Origin: Candidatus Binatia bacterium
GTDB lineage: Bacteria; Desulfobacterota; Binatia; UBA9968; CAXXLF01
Assembly: GCA_963664015.2 (NCBI GenBank)
Contig: CAXXLF010000001.1
Coordinates: 1,056,001 to 1,120,000 of the forward strand
Direction of reading: 5' to 3'
Length of the DNA stretch: 64,000 bases
Positions 61,092-64,000 of this stretch are shown piece after piece. How positions within the stretch are numbered: the stretch's first letter is position 1; each line of letters begins with the position of its first letter. A program made the position numbers and the translations under genes. The notes below the pieces were generated by a model. That model had not been told where the DNA came from. It saw only the letters and a program-made list of their open reading frames with translations, and made no database searches.

Positions 61092-61463
61092 TTAGTGCTT
61101 CGCTTTCGTCCACGTTACACGTCTTTGATTCTGGATCCTGAGCTCCTCATCGTGACTCGATGAATCGTAGGTAAAGGAAATCTTATGCTCGAAACCTTCG
61201 AGATCCTTGTACGTGATCGTATAGGAGACCTGATCACCTGTGCGGACCGTTTGAATAGCCTTGATAAGGTTGGTATCAACCTGTTCCGCTCCAATTCTAA
61301 AAACTATGTGATCTTTGGTAAACTCTAGAGTCCGGCCCTCATACTCAGCGGCCCTGGTCTTCCACGACCCCAATAGATGATCTGGCATGGTATCCTCTTC
61401 CTCATGACAGCCCAAGAAAAGTAGAGATATCATTGCTGTGATCAAGCCGTTTGCCAGCTTCAT
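61092..61463 (-). CDS. Putative lipoprotein
   Basis: Signal peptide ending in LFLGC. Confidence 0.65.
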   Translation of the reverse strand: MKLANGLITAMISLLFLGCHEEEDTMPDHLLGSWKTRAAEYEGRTLEFTKDHIVFRIGAEQVDTNLIKAIQTVRTGDQVSYTITYKDLEGFEHKISFTYDSSSHDEELRIQNQRRVTWTKAKH

Positions 61464-61860
61464 GATTCCAAAACCCTTTCCCCAGATCTCCTTCCTCAAG
61501 AATCGGTCACACCACGAAACCCAACCCTACGAAAAGGTACAGATATGCACGAATAGTGCCACCATGGGAATTCGAGAGATGGAATCCTTAAATAATATAC
61601 GTATTTAGAGACTTACATTCCTGTCTCCCGACACCGATCGCAAGAAACGCCTAACCTTGGCTGTCATCGAAATGCCGTTACACGTCATTCGGCACTCAGG
61701 ACTACAATCTGAGCCCTCTAAACGCGATCATTGGGGTGCGAAGAACCATAAAGCCCACGTTTACGGCGGTTTTGATTACTATTGAGGGGCAGATCAGGCG
61801 AAAGGGAAAACCCTAGAAAAATAGAAGAGTTATGAAACTCCCAATGGTCAGGAGAGGTAG

Positions 61861-63015
61861 TTAGCGCCAGCGAGCCTGGAGCCTTAACAGATCGGTCAAG
61901 AAGGATATGAGATCGGTTATTTTTACCCCCTCGCGCTGGGTGATCTCGGTCCAGCTGGCGTTATTCCTATAGCGGCCCACGACCCGACGGATGGAGGCTT
62001 GCCTTAAATAGGACGTCCCTTTCAAGGCCGCATACTCACCTAGGCTAACACGAAGCTGTTGGATCTCCTGGAGCAGCTCCCTCCAGTCTCTGCTGCGTAC
62101 TCGGTAACCCAGTGCCTGGAGCATGGCCTTCTGTCCCGGTGCATCTCCCGTCTGTTTATTGACCGTTCCTATTTTTTTGAGCAGTGCCCTCTCGGCCAGG
62201 GCCTGGGGTGAATCAAGAGCCTTCAGCGATGGCAGCAACTCGGGGATGGCTTGGGAGGTACGGTAAAACTTTAAGGCCTCGGGGATCCATGCGCGCAGTT
62301 GCTGCGTGCGCTTCGTATATCCGGGATGTGTGGACATGAAGCCCGGAGGTGCCCCCTGCCCCTTTGCGGCAGCCTCTCTCTCCATCCGTTTCCACAGCTC
62401 CAGGGACGCCCTTGGGTCATACCCTGCTTGGGCCATGAGCCTGAGACCGATCCGGTCCGCCTCCAACTCCTGCGAGCGACCGAAGGGAAGAATCACTCCA
62501 AAGGCAGTGCCTGCGCCGTAGATCTGCATCCAAACCGGATCTACGCCGAAACCCGTTCCAACCATCGCCGGAATCTGTAAGAGTTGGTTCTGACTCATCC
62601 GTTCCGCTCCATGACGGGCCAGGGCATGGGCCACCTCATGACCCATGACTACCGCTAAACCTGCCTCGTCCCGGGCAGCGGGAAAGATCCCCGTATAGAC
62701 AGCCACCTTCCCCCCGGGAACGGCAAAGGCGTTGGCCATCTCGGGATCGTCAATAATTGTAAACTCCCACTTGTAATCGGGCTTGTTGGCGACCCGTGCT
62801 ATCTTCTCTCCTACTTTGCGCACCAGGCGCATAGCCTTGGGGTTTTCTGAGATCACACTCTGGCGCAAAATCGCACGATAGGCCTGCTCGCCCTCGCTGA
62901 TCTCCGTGCCTTCGGAGATGATCATAAACTGCTTTCTGCCGGTGATGAGCACCGTTGCACAGGCGGGGATGAGGAATACCAGGAGGATAAAGCCCAAAGG
63001 GCGAATGTTCAGCAT
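61861..63015 (-). CDS. M48 family metallopeptidase (lipoprotein)
   Basis: NAFAVPGG, GHEVAH, ELEAD, STHP. Confidence 0.92.
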   Translation of the reverse strand: MLNIRPLGFILLVFLIPACATVLITGRKQFMIISEGTEISEGEQAYRAILRQSVISENPKAMRLVRKVGEKIARVANKPDYKWEFTIIDDPEMANAFAVPGGKVAVYTGIFPAARDEAGLAVVMGHEVAHALARHGAERMSQNQLLQIPAMVGTGFGVDPVWMQIYGAGTAFGVILPFGRSQELEADRIGLRLMAQAGYDPRASLELWKRMEREAAAKGQGAPPGFMSTHPGYTKRTQQLRAWIPEALKFYRTSQAIPELLPSLKALDSPQALAERALLKKIGTVNKQTGDAPGQKAMLQALGYRVRSRDWRELLQEIQQLRVSLGEYAALKGTSYLRQASIRRVVGRYRNNASWTEITQREGVKITDLISFLTDLLRLQARWR

Positions 63016-63049
63016 GATGGTAAGTAAATTTATTCCTTTTCCGGCGCTT

Positions 63050-64000
63050 TCACAACAATCTATAGAACCCCATCTTGCCTGGATTCATGATCTCATTAGG
63101 ATCCAGGGTTCTCTTTATCCGGCCCATGATTTCGTTTCCTTGTCCATGCTCGCGGGCCATGAGGGAAGCCAATTTTAACCCCACACCGTGGCAATACTCC
63201 ATCGACCCTGCCATCTCCTGAACCAAGAGTAAGAGCTCCTTGACGGCATCTTCTAAAGCAGCCGGCCCTCGCTGGTCCTTTTCTAGCGCCAGGCGCAAAG
63301 AGAAAAGCTCCGGCTGTGTCCAAAGCCCGCTTTCCTGGAGACGCACGCCATGGGTGGCAACGATTTGCTTCGCCGCTCCTCTAAAAGCCAGGACCTGAGC
63401 CACGGGAAGGGCCACATGGATAAAATCCCGGGGGAAGGCTTCGTTTCTACGTTGCCTCCCCTGCCGCCTATCCTTCCGATTGTGCATGAAGCGATAGGCG
63501 ATATCATGACGCTCGCTCCAGAAGCGCTCTGCGTCCTGATCCGGTAGCCTCTTCGCCTTGGCCTCAGTGCAAACGGCCACCGCCAATCGTTCCTCCGCTT
63601 GCACCAGTTCCCGAGTCCCCTCGAAACCCAGATAGAGAACGGCCCCGTCATCGGACTTTACCGGATCATCGCCGAAGTCCATCAGGGACGGCCGTAGCCC
63701 CAGAACGGAGAACCTTTTGATGGCTTCGAAACCGGCTTCAAACGAAGCGAAGTGAAAGGCCAGAAGGGAGCGGTGTTCCGGTACCGGGAAGGCCCTCAGA
63801 GTCGCCTCCGTAACAATACCAAAGCAGCCCTCTCCCCCGATCATGAGCCGCTTTAAGTCGATACCCGTGGAAGACTTGGGCACTGCCCGGGTCTGAAGGT
63901 GCTCCCCCTGGGGCATGACTGCCTCCAGCCCTAGGACCTGATCACCCATGGAGCCGTATTTACCCCCGCGGTACCCCAGGCTGTTCGTGGAGATGGCTCC
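63050..64000 (-). CDS. FAD-binding oxidoreductase (GlcD/AGPS-like), 5' end outside window
   Basis: GIDLKRLMIGGEGCFGIVTEATL, HGVG, DPNEIMNPGK. Confidence 0.88.
   Translation of the reverse strand, partial: GAISTNSLGYRGGKYGSMGDQVLGLEAVMPQGEHLQTRAVPKSSTGIDLKRLMIGGEGCFGIVTEATLRAFPVPEHRSLLAFHFASFEAGFEAIKRFSVLGLRPSLMDFGDDPVKSDDGAVLYLGFEGTRELVQAEERLAVAVCTEAKAKRLPDQDAERFWSERHDIAYRFMHNRKDRRQGRQRRNEAFPRDFIHVALPVAQVLAFRGAAKQIVATHGVRLQESGLWTQPELFSLRLALEKDQRGPAALEDAVKELLLLVQEMAGSMEYCHGVGLKLASLMAREHGQGNEIMGRIKRTLDPNEIMNPGKMGFYRLL

Overview
This bacterial chromosome window is probably from a deltaproteobacterium-like lineage such as Ca. Binatia; that placement is inferred from gene content only. It has three zones. 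(1) 1-25.1 kb is a paralog-rich aromatic/N-heteroaromatic catabolic region. It holds a molybdo-hydroxylase large subunit, three UbiD decarboxylases, a small Zn-ribbon protein missed by the ORF track, three bicupins and three TAXI-fold proteins without signal peptides. It also holds three VOC proteins, a CarAa/OxoO-like Rieske oxygenase, a meta-cleavage hydrolase, RidA, a decaying ABC transporter, and a hidden UxxC redoxin selenoprotein candidate with a SECIS-like hairpin. (2) About 25.9-32.1 kb is island DNA at the tmRNA 3' end. It has a frameshifted tyrosine integrase, an 18-bp att duplicate flanked by arm-like repeats and an IHF consensus, and a ~285-bp duplication. Its cargo is an intact operon of inositol-phosphate synthase, IPCT/DIPPS and an HD-domain protein, a di-myo-inositol-phosphate-type pathway with a candidate new phosphatase. 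(3) 32.1-64 kb is housekeeping: ssrA, smpB, panBCD behind a pan-motif-like leader and terminator, dNK, gshA, mtnA, acpS, a full dcw cluster with a STAS gene between mraZ and rsmH, rnpB, rnhA and some envelope genes. All assignments come from motif recognition by eye; no searches were run.
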